A stretch of 64,000 bases of DNA, taken from assembly GCA_963816135.1 (NCBI GenBank), contig CAWFJD010000017.1:13064-77063 (forward strand), read 5' to 3'. Source of the DNA: an uncultured Chloroflexia bacterium (GTDB taxonomy: Bacteria; Chloroflexota; Limnocylindria; Limnocylindrales; CSP1-4). How positions within the stretch are numbered: the first letter of the stretch is position 1; every line of letters starts with the position of its first letter. Below the pieces are notes generated by a model. The model did not search any database and was not told where the DNA came from. It was given only the letters and a program-made list of their open reading frames with translations. The position numbers were made by a program, and so were the translations under genes. This document shows, one piece after another, positions 9,694 through 20,300 of this stretch.

Positions 9694-10314
9694 CTAGGCG
9701 ACCTTGTTGCCGCAGTTGCCGCAGAAACGGGTTCCTTCGGCCAGGTCGGCGCCGCATTTGGAGCACTTCGCCACGCCCAGAGGCGTTCCGCAGTTGCCGC
9801 AGAACTTCTCGGAGCCGGTGGGCTTGCCGCAGCTGGGGCATTCGGTAGCCTTGGCGGTCGTGTCGCCGGAGAAGACGGTCGTGGCCCGGACGGCGTCGCG
9901 CATCTGGCTGATCTCGACCGAGGAACGCTCGGCTTCCATCTCGGCCGCGAGGTTCGGGGCGCAGTTGACGCACAGGCCGCGAGCGGCGTTGAAGCACGTT
10001 TCGTCGACCCAGTTGTTGCACCGCACACAGCGGTGGAACATGGGCATGATCTCGTTGCAGGCCTTCTGGAGGGCCTTGTCGCGGGCGTCCTTGTCGACGA
10101 TGTCCTGGGCGCTATTGGCCGCGTTGCGAGCTCCCCACAGGCCGCCGATGAGATTGCTGGCCCCGCCCAGAAGGGTCGCGCCCGTGGCGATGACGCTGCG
10201 TTGGAATTGGCTCCGGTAGCCGCTGCCGCAAACGTCGCAGCGGAACTCGAACTGGTAGCCCTGGTTGGTCGAGAGGTCCTGGTAGTTGCTCGTGAACGGG
10301 GTAAAGCCCGGCAT
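9694..10314 (-). CDS. zinc-ribbon domain-containing protein (multi-CxxC)
   Basis: I start it at ATG 10314 (MPGFTPFTSNYQDL...); the upstream part of ORF 9694..10587 is Arg/Pro junk. It has CDVCGS, CVRCNNW...CVNC, and a C-terminal double ribbon CPSCGKPTGSEKFCGNCGTPLGVAKCSKCGADLAEGTRFCGNCG. Confidence 0.8.
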   Translation of the reverse strand: MPGFTPFTSNYQDLSTNQGYQFEFRCDVCGSGYRSQFQRSVIATGATLLGGASNLIGGLWGARNAANSAQDIVDKDARDKALQKACNEIMPMFHRCVRCNNWVDETCFNAARGLCVNCAPNLAAEMEAERSSVEISQMRDAVRATTVFSGDTTAKATECPSCGKPTGSEKFCGNCGTPLGVAKCSKCGADLAEGTRFCGNCGNKVA

Positions 10315-10432
10315 TCGACCGACTCCTGGTTGCGGCCCCCTACGGGCCTCTGGTGACGGCCCCCGAAACGGGCCCTGTGACGATGGCCGAATGTTAGCGC
10401 GGCGGGCAGGGCCTCGACACCCCACATCCGTC

Positions 10433-13400
10433 CTAAGGGTTGGTGCTACCTGCCGTCTCGAGCCGGGCGATTGTCGTCCAGGGCGAGTTTCCCTCACCGA
10501 CGCGCACGAGATAGATACCCCTGACGTTTCCGCTGTGGGCCGGAGAAGCGGACCCGAAGCGGGCATAGTCGCCCTCCGAGACCTCAATGGACGACCGGAT
10601 GTTGCCGTCGGGCCGAACTATCCAGGTCGGACTGCAGCCGCCAACCCTCTGGATGTCGCAGAAGTTGAGCCAGTACTCCAGCAGCCCGTCCACCGCGACG
10701 ATGTCGCCGGGCTTCAGGGCCGAACTCGCCTTCACCCCATCGATTGTCGAGACGAAGGTAGAACCGGTGGAACTCAACTGTCCGAGCACGCTCGGCTTGC
10801 CCGTCGAGTCGAACTGGATGATCCAGTTGCCCTCACCGGCAACGAGCGGGGAACATGGGCTCCCTTCATAGATGGCGCCAGTGCAGGTTCTCACGGGTCC
10901 CTTAGTCACGACCACCCGACCATCGAGCTTGCCGGTGTCCCACAGGCTCATGAGCTCCGATGTGGTCAGCGGACGATTTCCCGAGGCCCACAGGCCAAAG
11001 GGCTTCGTTCCAGCGACGACCATGGCGCTCGAAGCAGGCGACGCGGCGGATGCCGGCACCGGAATGGGTTCGACTTGCGCCAGGACCTCGGCCTCGAGCG
11101 CGGGAACCGTGATCCGGATCAGGAACAGGCCATAAACGGGTGGGCCGTCTTGTACCGGATCGCTCGCCTTGCCCGTCAGCCGATCGATACGCGCCCGCCT
11201 GCAGCTTGAGACGGTAATACGACTGATCTTCAGGCAGTGAGCCCACGATCCTCGGGTAACACCCGGCGCCAAGAGGCGTCGAACTGCAGCTGGGATCGAG
11301 CGATTCGACCAGATACCCGTCGACAACCATAAGGCTGCCGGCCGGCACAGCCCCGCCGCTCGAGATCTGAGCCAGCGTCGACACGAACCGGCCACCCGGC
11401 GATGAGAGCTCGCCCACGAGGGATATCTTGCCGGCCGAGTCGAATGTGACGGCCCAGTAGCCCTCGCCCGCGATGGCGTAGTCGCATTGGGTCAAACCGT
11501 CAGGGGTCAGGCAGGCGGCGCTCGCCGGAACCGGCCCCTTGGCGATCACCGTTCTGCCGGCGAGATGGAAGATATCGGCCTTCCAGGCCGCGTAGAGCTC
11601 GGCGAGGGTGAGCGGACGGTTGCCCGAGGCCCACAGACCCGGTGTCGTGACGACGGGAGAGCTCGACGCCGTCGGCACGACCGGCGTGGCCGGCGTGGCC
11701 GGCGTGGCCGGCGGCTGGGGCGTGGGCGTTGGCGTTGGGACAGGAGTGGGCGACCCAACTGGCGGCAGAACGACGTCCGCGAGGCGCGCCAGGACGTAGT
11801 AGTCCTCGCAGTCGATCCCGAACTCGCTGCAGTGGTGCCCCACGGTCACCAGATAGGTTCCTTCCGTCGACCCGGTCGTCGGAGAAGTGCGTGGAACGTT
11901 AAACACTGGGCCGGCATCGACCGCTCGGCCATCCGCGGGGATGGCGAAGTCGACGATGCGCGGAGGCCCGGCCGGAATTGGATCCAACGTCATCGGATCG
12001 GGCGGCACGAATCGGGTTGTCGTCAATGCCGAGTGGCACATCGTGTCGTAGGCGGGGAACAACGGTTCAGGGCCACCAAAGGCAGGCAAACTCGATTGCC
12101 CGCAGTACCAGGAGCCGGTGTCGAGCCAGCCATGCACCAGGAAGTAGCCGTAGTCCTGGGGCCAGCCGCCGGTGGCGCCGTATGCGCGGGGCACGCCCGG
12201 AGCGGGTCCCGTGATCGTGCCCATATATCCGAGGGTCCGGTCGCCGAGAACGCGCAGGGCGAGACGGCCCGGCGTGATCCCGTTTGCGGATAGCGAGTAA
12301 ATGCACACCTGAGGATCGATGCCGACGAGGAACCCGGCGAACTCTCCTTTGGAGGTGGTGGGAGCCTGGCAGGCACCCGATGCTTCGAGGGTGACCTGCG
12401 CGTCCACGACCACGGTGTCGTACAGCTTCAGCGAGCCGGCGTCGAGTAGGAGAGCCAGCTCGGAGGTCGTGAGCGCGCGGTCGATCGGGTAGCCGGTCGG
12501 CTCCTGCGTCGGGGCCTTCGTCAGCACGGGCGTCGGCGTGGGCACCGGTACGTCGCCAAGCTTCGCGAGGACGAGCCAGAAGCCGCAGCCGACCGACGAG
12601 ACGGCGGAGGCGCCCTCGCACCCTCCTACCTGCGACTTGACGACGTAACTGCCGTGGACCGGAGCCGATGCGTCGATCGAGTCGTACTGACGAGCGGCGT
12701 TCGCGATCACGAACCGGGCATGGCCATGCAGGTCCATTGCCTGAGTCCCGGTATCGCGCGGAAGCTGACCGCTGATGCCGGGTGCGGAGTTGTCGTCGCT
12801 GAGCCAGTTGTCGGACGGGCAATCCTGGCTGGTCGGGTTGAGCGGATCGCCGGGGGCGATGCTGGCGCAGGGCAATGCCAGGCCCTGCGACCCGAGCCAG
12901 CCGTCGACGACGAACGTCTTGCCCGCGAGCGGCCAATCGTCGGCGACCTTGAAGGCCAGCTTTGACGGGGCCGTCGTGATCTGCCCGATCAGGCCCAGAA
13001 CTCCAGGTGCGAGATATCGGAACGCGAACACGCCGCGGCCCGGCCAGTCCGGTTTGAGGACGTAGGTGACCCCCGAGGCCATGACGCAGACCTGCGACTT
13101 CATGCCCTCGATCACGCCGACGGTGGGATAGCGGTTCATCGGGCAGACGTCCGGTCTCGCGGTGATGGTCACGTCGGCGACGAGCGCGGTATTGGCCGCG
13201 AGTTCCGGGCCCGCCATGACCGCGGCGAGCTCGGCGGTCGTGAGAGCCCGGTCGATTGGATAGCCAGTCGTAGCCGCCGGCCCCGTCTGGAGCGCCGGCA
13301 CTCCAACGAGCGCGGCCAGCAGAGCTAACGCGGCCGCGAGTCCAACGAGCGCACCCGGCCACTCGACGCCGTGGCGTGAATGAGAGAGATACTCGCGCTC

Positions 13401-13533
13401 TGCTCGACCGAACGGGGATCCGATCGAGCTCGGCCACCACGTCCTCGTACAGGTCGGCGGGGGCGCGCCCCGAAGAACGCCGTTCGAGCTGCTCGCGCAG
13501 GTCCGAGTCGACGGCGGGAAGCTGCTCGTTCAT
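10433..13533 (-). pseudogene. sigma-factor-coupled, membrane-anchored repeat protein (about 1030 aa), frame disrupted as assembled (about 2 shifts)
   Basis: ATG 13533 overlaps the sigma stop (ATGA). The cytoplasmic head is MNEQLPAVDSDLREQLERR...DLYEDVVAELDRIP. After a shift near 13380 comes a TM helix, WPGALVGLAAALALLAALVGV. Four extracytoplasmic modules in two pairs follow (2x GYPIDRALTT[AS]ELA..., 2x GLWASGNRPLT..EL...), separated by PT-rich linkers. A second shift lies near 11195, joining ORFs 10902..13301 and 10433..11395. Confidence 0.6.
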
Positions 13534-14078
13534 CTCGACTCCTTCGCGAGCGCCGACTCGAGCGCCGCCCGGGCGCGATGAAGGCGCGCCTTGATCGTCC
13601 CGACGGGAGCGTCCAGCGCGGCCGCAATCTCGACCACGGACCGCTCCTGGAGGTGATGGAGAACAAGAATCGCCCGCTCGTCGACGGAGAGGCGCCCGAA
13701 TGCCCGGTCGAATACGTCGGCCTCGGCCATTCGATCGTCCAGCGGCCGGCCGGGTTGGGGGAGATCGAGGGAGGGCTCGCCGTCCCGGTCGATCATCCGA
13801 ATCTCGCGGACCTTCGACCGCCCGCGCCGGCGGAGCTGCATGCGACAGGCGTTCACGTTGATCCGGCCCAGCCAGGCGTCGATTCGATCCGCGTCGCGCA
13901 GCGACCCGAAGCCGCGCCAGGCCGAGACGAAGGTCTCTTGCGTGGCGTCGGCGGCGTCGGCCGCGTCCCCGAGGATGGCGAGCGAGGTTCGGTACACGCT
14001 GTCGATCCGGCTCCGGACGAGGTCGTCGAAGGCAGCCCGATCACCCGTTCGCGTCTTCTCGACGAGCGAGCGCTCCAT
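13530..14078 (-). CDS. ECF (group 4) sigma-70 family RNA polymerase sigma factor
   Basis: 182 aa from ATG 14078, with a GAGGGAGG Shine-Dalgarno. Region 2 is FDDLVRSRIDSVYRTSLAILGDAADAADATQETFVSAWRG...IDAWLGRINVNAC. Region 4 is LSVDERAILVLHHLQERSVVEIAAALDAPVGTIKARLHRARAAL. Confidence 0.9.
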   Translation of the reverse strand: MERSLVEKTRTGDRAAFDDLVRSRIDSVYRTSLAILGDAADAADATQETFVSAWRGFGSLRDADRIDAWLGRINVNACRMQLRRRGRSKVREIRMIDRDGEPSLDLPQPGRPLDDRMAEADVFDRAFGRLSVDERAILVLHHLQERSVVEIAAALDAPVGTIKARLHRARAALESALAKESR

Positions 14079-14181
14079 CTGCCTCCCTCTTGGCCGGAGC
14101 TTCTCCCCGGTCCGGACCTCTGTTCCTATCGATGCCGGCCGGCGGCCCCAGGTTGCATCGAGTTTTCGAGCCTCGCGCCGG

Positions 14182-14592
14182 TCAGTCAACGCCGAGATCG
14201 TGGAGCCGGTCGTCGTCGATGCCGAGGTGATGCGCCAGCTCGTGGACGACCGTCGTTCGGACCTCCAGCTCCAGCTCGGCGGGATCGGGGAAGTCCTCTT
14301 CGAGGGCGAGTCGGAAGAGCGTGATCTTGTTGGGCGCGAAGGACCAGTCGGCGGCGTACTCGGTCCGCGGAACTCCTTCATAGAGCCCGTACAGGTCTTC
14401 GTCCGGGCGCAGGCCGGACTCGCGCCGCTGCTGCCGGCTCGGCTCGTCGTCGATGACGATCGCGACCTCGTCGAGCGCCCGGGCGAAGGGATCGGGGATC
14501 GCGTCGAGGGCCCGGCCCACGAGCTCTTCGAACCGATCCCCGCCGGGCCGGCGCCGGCGGACGCGAGAACTGCCACGGGGTCGTCTGGCCAT
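14182..14592 (-). CDS. zincin-like metallopeptidase family protein
   Basis: Intact 136-aa ORF. The layout DEVAIVIDDEP...LYGLYEGVP...VVHELAHHLGIDDDRLHDLG (HExxH) is typical of the small Zincin_1/DUF1025-type family. Confidence 0.8.
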   Translation of the reverse strand: MARRPRGSSRVRRRRPGGDRFEELVGRALDAIPDPFARALDEVAIVIDDEPSRQQRRESGLRPDEDLYGLYEGVPRTEYAADWSFAPNKITLFRLALEEDFPDPAELELEVRTTVVHELAHHLGIDDDRLHDLGVD

Positions 14593-14661
14593 GTGCGTAT
14601 GCTAAGGCCGAGGGCCGCCGGAATCGGGTGACCGGCGTACGATTCGGGCCAAGGAGGACAC

Positions 14662-15370
14662 ATGCCGATCGATCAGCCGCCGTCGGAGGACGATCTCGAC
14701 CTCGACGCCCGAGTCAGGCGCATCGTCGAGGACATCGAGCGCGGCGGAGACGACGACGGGGCGGCCGAAGCCGGGTCGGACGACGGCACCCGGCCACGGA
14801 CCGGGCCGCGGGATCGAGACCGCGGTCCGCGACATCCTGACCGAGATCGGCGAGGACCCCCAGCGCGAGGGCCTGCTCAGGACGCCCGAGCGAATGCACC
14901 GGATGTGGCTCGAGCTGACCTGCGGCTACCGCGTCGATCCCGAGCGTCTGATCAACGGCGCCATCTTCGACGTGGGCTACAGCGAGATGGTCGTGATCAA
15001 GGGGATCCCGTTCTACTCGCTGTGCGAGCACCACATGCTGCCGTTCCTCGGAACCGCGGCCGTGGGCTATCTGCCGCGCGGCCGGGTCATCGGCCTCTCC
15101 AAGATCCCGCGGGTCGTGGAGATGTACGCCCGGCGGCTGCAGGTCCAGGAGCGGATGACCCAGCAGGTCGCCGACTTCCTCCAGCAACGCCTGAACCCTT
15201 ACGGCGTAGGCGTGGTCATCGAGGCGGAGCACCTCTGCATGGCCATGCGCGGCGTGCAGAAGGGCGGCGCGACGATGGTCACCAGCTCCGTGCTCGGCAC
15301 GTTCCGCACCAGCAAGGAGACGCGCGACGAGTTCATGGCCCACCTGGAACGGGCCGTGCCCAGGGCATAG
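14662..15370 (+). pseudogene. folE: GTP cyclohydrolase I FolE, one frameshift about 14740-14810
   Basis: ORF 14894..15370 and its in-frame upstream extension give IETAVRDILTEIGEDPQREGLLRTPERMHRMW...YSLCEHHMLPFLG...[14 protein letters not shown] (FolE core). The only start with a Shine-Dalgarno (AAGGAGGA) is ATG 14662, which lies in a different frame. Confidence 0.85.
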
Positions 15371-15443
15371 CAGGCCTGGGCGATCGTGCTCGGCGCAGGC
15401 TCGTCCCAACATCGGTCGTGTTCGGCCCCGTTATCATTCGCCC

Positions 15444-15849
15444 ATGACCGACCGACCGATCAAGGTTCTCATCGCCAAGCCCGGGCTCGACGGGCACGAC
15501 CGTGGCGCCAAGGTTCTCGCTCGGGGGCTGCGCGACGAGGGCTTCGAGGTCGTCTACACGGGCCTCCGGCAGACGCCCGAGATGATCGTCACGGCCGCGC
15601 TCCAGGAGGACGTCGACGTCGTCGGGCTGTCTATCCTGTCCGGCGCCCATATGACCCTGGTGCCTCGCATCTGCTCGCTCCTGCGCGATCGAGGCATGGA
15701 CGACGTGCTCGTGGCCGCGGGCGGGATCATCCCGGACGAAGATGGGCCCGGCACTCCGCGAAGCGGGAGTGGCCGCGATATTCGGACCGGGCACCACGAT
15801 CGGCGAAGTCGCGGACTTCCTCCGGGCCAACGCAAGGCCGAGGGACTAG
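15444..15849 (+). pseudogene. methylmalonyl-CoA mutase-type B12-binding small subunit, one frameshift about 15744-15750
   Basis: [69 protein letters not shown] contains DxHxxG. After IIPDEDG the conserved end, [32 protein letters not shown]-stop (TAG 15847-15849), is in another frame, shifted at a GGGCCCGG run. Confidence 0.8.
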
Positions 15850-15859
15850 GTTCTTCGAG

Positions 15860-16920
15860 GTGGCCAACATCGAAAGCCACTGAAGCCCCGGCGGCGGAGG
15901 CCGCGGCCGATCAGCTCTGCGATGCCGCGCTTGCGGGGGATCGCCGCGCGCTCGCCCGCCTCCTGACCGCCGTGGAGAACCGGACGGCCCTGGCCGAGGC
16001 CGCCATCCGGCGCTTCTACCCGATGGCGGGCAAGGCCCAGCTGATCGGGATCACGGGGCCCGCCGGAGCGGGCAAGAGCACGCTCGTCGCGGCGCTGATC
16101 GCGGAACTGCGGCGGTGCGATAGACCGGTGGCGGTCGTGGCCGTGGACCCGTCGAGCCCCATCACGGGCGGCGCGGTCCTGGGCGACCGCGTTCGGATGC
16201 AGGCCTACGCGAGCGACGACGGCGTCTTCATCCGCTCGATGGCGTCGCGGGGCCACTCCGGCGGTCTGTCGGCGGCCACAACCGCGGCCGCGGCGCTCTT
16301 CGACGCGGCGGGCTTCGACACGGTTCTGATCGAGACGGTGGGCACGGGCCAGAGCGAGGTCGAGGTGGCCGCCACGGCCGACACGACCGTCGTCGTGGAG
16401 GCGCCCGAGATGGGTGACGAGATCCAGGCGATCAAGGCCGGCCTGCTCGAGGTCGCGGACATCATCGTCGTGAACAAGGGCGATAGACCGGGCGCGCAGC
16501 GGACCGCCGGGCAGCTACGGGCCATGCTCGCGGACATGCCCCGCCAGCCGCGGCCCGGCCGGCCCTCACCCAAGCATCCGGACGTCCTGCTCACCACCGC
16601 GCCCACCGCCGCGGGAGTGGCAGAGCTGCTCGCCGCCATCGACGCCCTTCGCCGCCCGGAGCCCAGCGTCGGCGACGGTTCGGTAAGGCTCAAGCGTGCT
16701 GAAGCGCAAGTCTGGGCAGTCCTGTCGGACCGGCTCCACGACCGAATCCGGACCCTCGCCGGGCCCATGGAGGAGTCGCCTGAAGCTCGGGAGGCATCGA
16801 AGGTCGATCCCGACGCCGGTCCACCGAATACTGGCGACCTGCTCCGTGCCGTCGCGGCGCACGAACTCGATCCCTACACGGCCGCAGACCGGCTCCTCGA
16901 AGCTGCTCACGGGCTCCTAG
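15860..16920 (+). pseudogene. meaB: methylmalonyl-CoA mutase-associated GTPase MeaB/ArgK; both ends uncertain
   Basis: It lies within ORF 15444..17126. G-motifs are present: [71 protein letters not shown]. There is no in-frame start after the upstream gene (a GTG at 15860 is in another frame) and no in-frame stop before it overlaps the convergent receiver gene, so I assume terminal indels. Confidence 0.8.
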
Positions 16921-17368
16921 GCGAGCCCGGCCCGCACCCGTGCCGGCCGCAGTTCTGCGCGGAGCGCCGCCAGGGTCTCGCGGACGGCGGCGACCGCCTC
17001 ATGCATGTCGAATGGCTTCGCGAGAAGCCTTATGCCTCGCGCGGTAGCGAAGCTGAGCAGTCCAGCGTCGAGGACGTCGCCGCTGATGAAGATCGCCCGC
17101 TTCGCCAGCTCCGGTCGCGTCTGTGACTGCCAGCTCGTAGAACTCCGTGCCGCTCATGTCCGGCCATCCGATATCGATGAGCATCACGTCGAAGGCCATC
17201 TCCTGGACGCCGTCGAGCGCCTGGGCGCCGTCCTGGAACGGGTGGCACTCCATGCCCGGCGTTCTTCAGGGCCCGGCGGAGCAGGTCGCGGATCGAGGGT
17301 TCGTCGTCGAGGACGAGGATGCGCGGCGAGGGAGCGTCGGGCACGTCAGTCGGCGGGACCGGCGGCAC
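16917..17368 (-). pseudogene. response-regulator receiver domain protein, 2 frameshifts (possibly a C-terminal domain of the upstream kinase)
   Basis: Three frames join. They read MPPVPPTDVPDAPSPRILVLDDEPSIRDLLRRALKNAG, then MECHPFQDGAQALDGVQEMAFDVMLIDIGWPDMSGTEFYELAV, then [49 protein letters not shown]...stop at 16917-16919. The phospho-acceptor D lies in MLID and the conserved K in AKPF. Confidence 0.75.
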
Positions 17369-20300
17369 GGACGCGCTTCGGCGACGGACTCTCGCACGCC
17401 GCGGCAGGCTTCGCTGCCGGCTCGGTCTTCGGGCTCGGCCACTCGGTGCCGCCGCGGTCGCGGCCGTCGGGCTCTCGCCGCCCGCCCAGCCGCTTCCGCT
17501 GCCTCGGCCTCGGCCGGGTCGCCGCTCGAGGGGCTGCCGCCGCGTCGCGCCTTTGCGGTCTTGCCGCCGTCCGCGCCACGCGGCGCGGAGCGCTCGGTGA
17601 GCGCGGTCATCGCGTCGATCTGGGTGAATGACGCAGGCTCTTCGGGCCCCGCTGCCGCCTTGACCGGCATCTCGATGACGAAGCAGGCGCCCACTCCACC
17701 GGGTCCCGACTCGTAGTAGAGCTGGCCGCCGTGAGCCGTCACGATGCCGAAGGAGACCGAGAGCCCAAGTCCGGTCCCCTCGCCGGGCTCTTTGGTGGTG
17801 AAGAACGGGACGAAGAGCCGGCCGCGGTTGGCCTCGGGGACGCCTGGTCCGTCGTCCCGGATGGTGATCCGAACCCGCTGGGCCTCGGTCGATCGCTCGG
17901 CCTTGGGTCCGTGCGCCTTCGAAGGCGATCCCAGAAGTTCAGCGGAGATCCACAGATGCGACGGCTTGCCGTGGGCATAGCTGCGCATGGCCTGGATGGA
18001 GTTGATGGTCAGGTTCAGGAAGACCTGCTGGAACTGGGCCCGGTCCAGATCCACTTCGGGAACGCTGTCCGGGATGCTCCACTTCCACCTTGATCTGGTT
18101 GGCGCCGATGGCGTACGACTGGAGGTCCAGAACGCTCTGCACCAGGGGGCCGAGAGGTGTCGGCCGGCGCTCGGGCTTTCGGGCGCGGGCGAAGTCCAGC
18201 AGGTTCTGGACGATCCGCTTGGTTCGGTCCGCTTCCTGGACGAGCAGGCCCGCGAGATTGCGCATGTCCTCGGGCAGCCGCGGATCGCTGTTGAGGAGGC
18301 CGCCGAACCCGATGACGCCCGTGAGCGGGTTGTTGAGCTCGTGGGCCACGCCCGAGACGAGGCTTCCGATCGCCTCCATCTTCTGAGCCTGGAGCAGTTC
18401 GCCCTGCGAGTCGCTCCTGGTCCGATACGTCGCGGATGAGGTGCAGGAAGCGCCGCTGGCCGTCCAGCTCGACGACCCGGATTTCGAGCTCCACCGGGAA
18501 TTCGGAGCCGTCGTGGCGCCGGCCGCGGTCCCTGAACATGCCCCGGCCCTGGGCCCACACGATCTGGCGGCGTCGCGCCATCTCGCGTTCGTCGGCGGAA
18601 ATCAGGAGGCCGATGTAGCGGCCGAGCATCTCGCCGCGGTTGACCCGGTACGTCCGGACGGCGGCTTCGTTGGCGTCGAGTACGGTGCCGTCGAGCGCGG
18701 TCACGAAGAGCGCGTCCGGGGTCTGGGCGAACAGCGTCCGATAGCGCTCCTCGGACGAGCTGAGGCTGTCGCGGAGGCGGTAGTTGGCGAGCGCGATGCC
18801 GGCGATCCTGGCGACGGAGTCGAGTGCGGGCTCGGTCAGCGGCAGTCGCTCGACGGGCTCCTCGAAGAAGCACAGCAGCGCGCCGACGAGCTCTTCGCCC
18901 GTCCTGATCGGGATCGCACCGAACGAGGCGAAGCCCGTGGCCCGGGCAAGCGGCAGGACCCTTTCGTTGACGTGGCCCGCGACGAAGTCCTCGAGGACGC
19001 TCGTGCTGCCGGAGAGGAGCAGGCTGCCTCCCGGCGCGTCGCGAGCGGGCACTCCCTTGAGCCAGAGCCTGAACGCCCCGGTTTCGCCGGCCACGGCGTG
19101 GGTCTCGAAATGGTGGCCGGGCTCGATCAGCAAGTAGCAGACGCCGGTCGCGCCGAGGACGTCGCGAACCAGGCTGACGGTCCTGTGGGCAAGCTCTTCG
19201 AACGAGCTCGCCTGCTCGCCGATACGTGTCAGCTCGTCGAGTGTCCTGAGGCGGTGGTTCAGTGACTGCTGCTCGGCCGCGCGGTGGACCAGCTCCGAGC
19301 GAAGCCGGAAGTTGGCCAGCGAGATGCTGCAGACGCGGGCGATCGGCTCGAGGAAGTGGACGTCGAACTCGTCCTCGCCCGGGAACGCTCGTCCACTCGA
19401 GGTGGAGGAAGCCCGCCAGCTGCTCCTCGACACGCAGGGGCAGCACCGCTTCGTAGTCGCAGCCCTTGTCGGGGCACGGCTCGTCCGCGAGGGAGTCGAT
19501 GGACAGCTCCTCGGCTTCTACCGGCGTCCGCTGAACCCCCGACAGCCAGGCGTCCTCGCCGGACTTGAGCTTCGCCAGGGCGGGCCAGCTCTCGGGAACC
19601 GCGGTGTCGCCGCCTTCGGGCCAGCGATGGCTCGGCTGGCCTACCCACTGGACCTGCTCGATTTCGCCGTCCGCGCCATCTACGAGGAAGTAGCCGCCTC
19701 CGGAGGCGCCCGAGGCGAGGACGACCATGTCGATCGTCTCCTTGGCCAGGCTTGCCAGATCGTCGGTGGAAGCCCCGAGGAGAGTCAGCTCCTGGAGAGC
19801 TCTGAGCTCGGCCGCCAGCCGGCGCTCGCGCTCGGCGGCTTCGGCCAGACCTTCGCTCATCCGGACGTTCGCGAAGGCGATCGAGATGATCCGGGCGATC
19901 GCTTCGAGATTGCGCTCGTCGAGGAGGGCCGTCCGTTCGGGGTTGGCGTAGAAGTGGCAGACGAAGGCGCCGAGCAGGCTGTCGGCCTGCCTGATCGGGA
20001 ATACCGCCTGCGAGGCGATGCCGCGCTCGGCCATCTGCGAGCACCTGCGGCTCGGTCCGGCCCATCTCCGCCAGCGACTCGTGGAACGCGCTGCCGCTCC
20101 GGTTCCCGCAATCGGCGCCAGAAGAAGAGCGAATCGCAAGGCGCTCCGTCGACGAGCTTGCGCATGGTCTCGGGGAAGGCGTGAGCGGCAAGGATGCCCA
20201 CGCGACCGCCATCGCTCCGGATCACGACGCCGCCGTCCGCGCCGAGCGCCTCGATGATGCGATCCAGCAGCAGCTGGGCGACGACGGCCTCGCTGATCTG

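Noticed and set aside
14079-14181. An ECF-type promoter upstream of the first sigma-factor gene.
   Set aside because: A GGAAC is present, but no CGTC-like -10 lies at a 16-18-nt spacing. The AACC-N18-TCGATA alternative is too weak to report.
15444-17126. A single 560-aa fusion protein (B12 domain plus MeaB plus tail).
   Set aside because: The B12-domain protein's conserved C-terminus and stop (TAG 15847-15849) are visible one frame over. The tail beyond about 16920 is antisense to a receiver-domain gene. The fusion is produced by indels.
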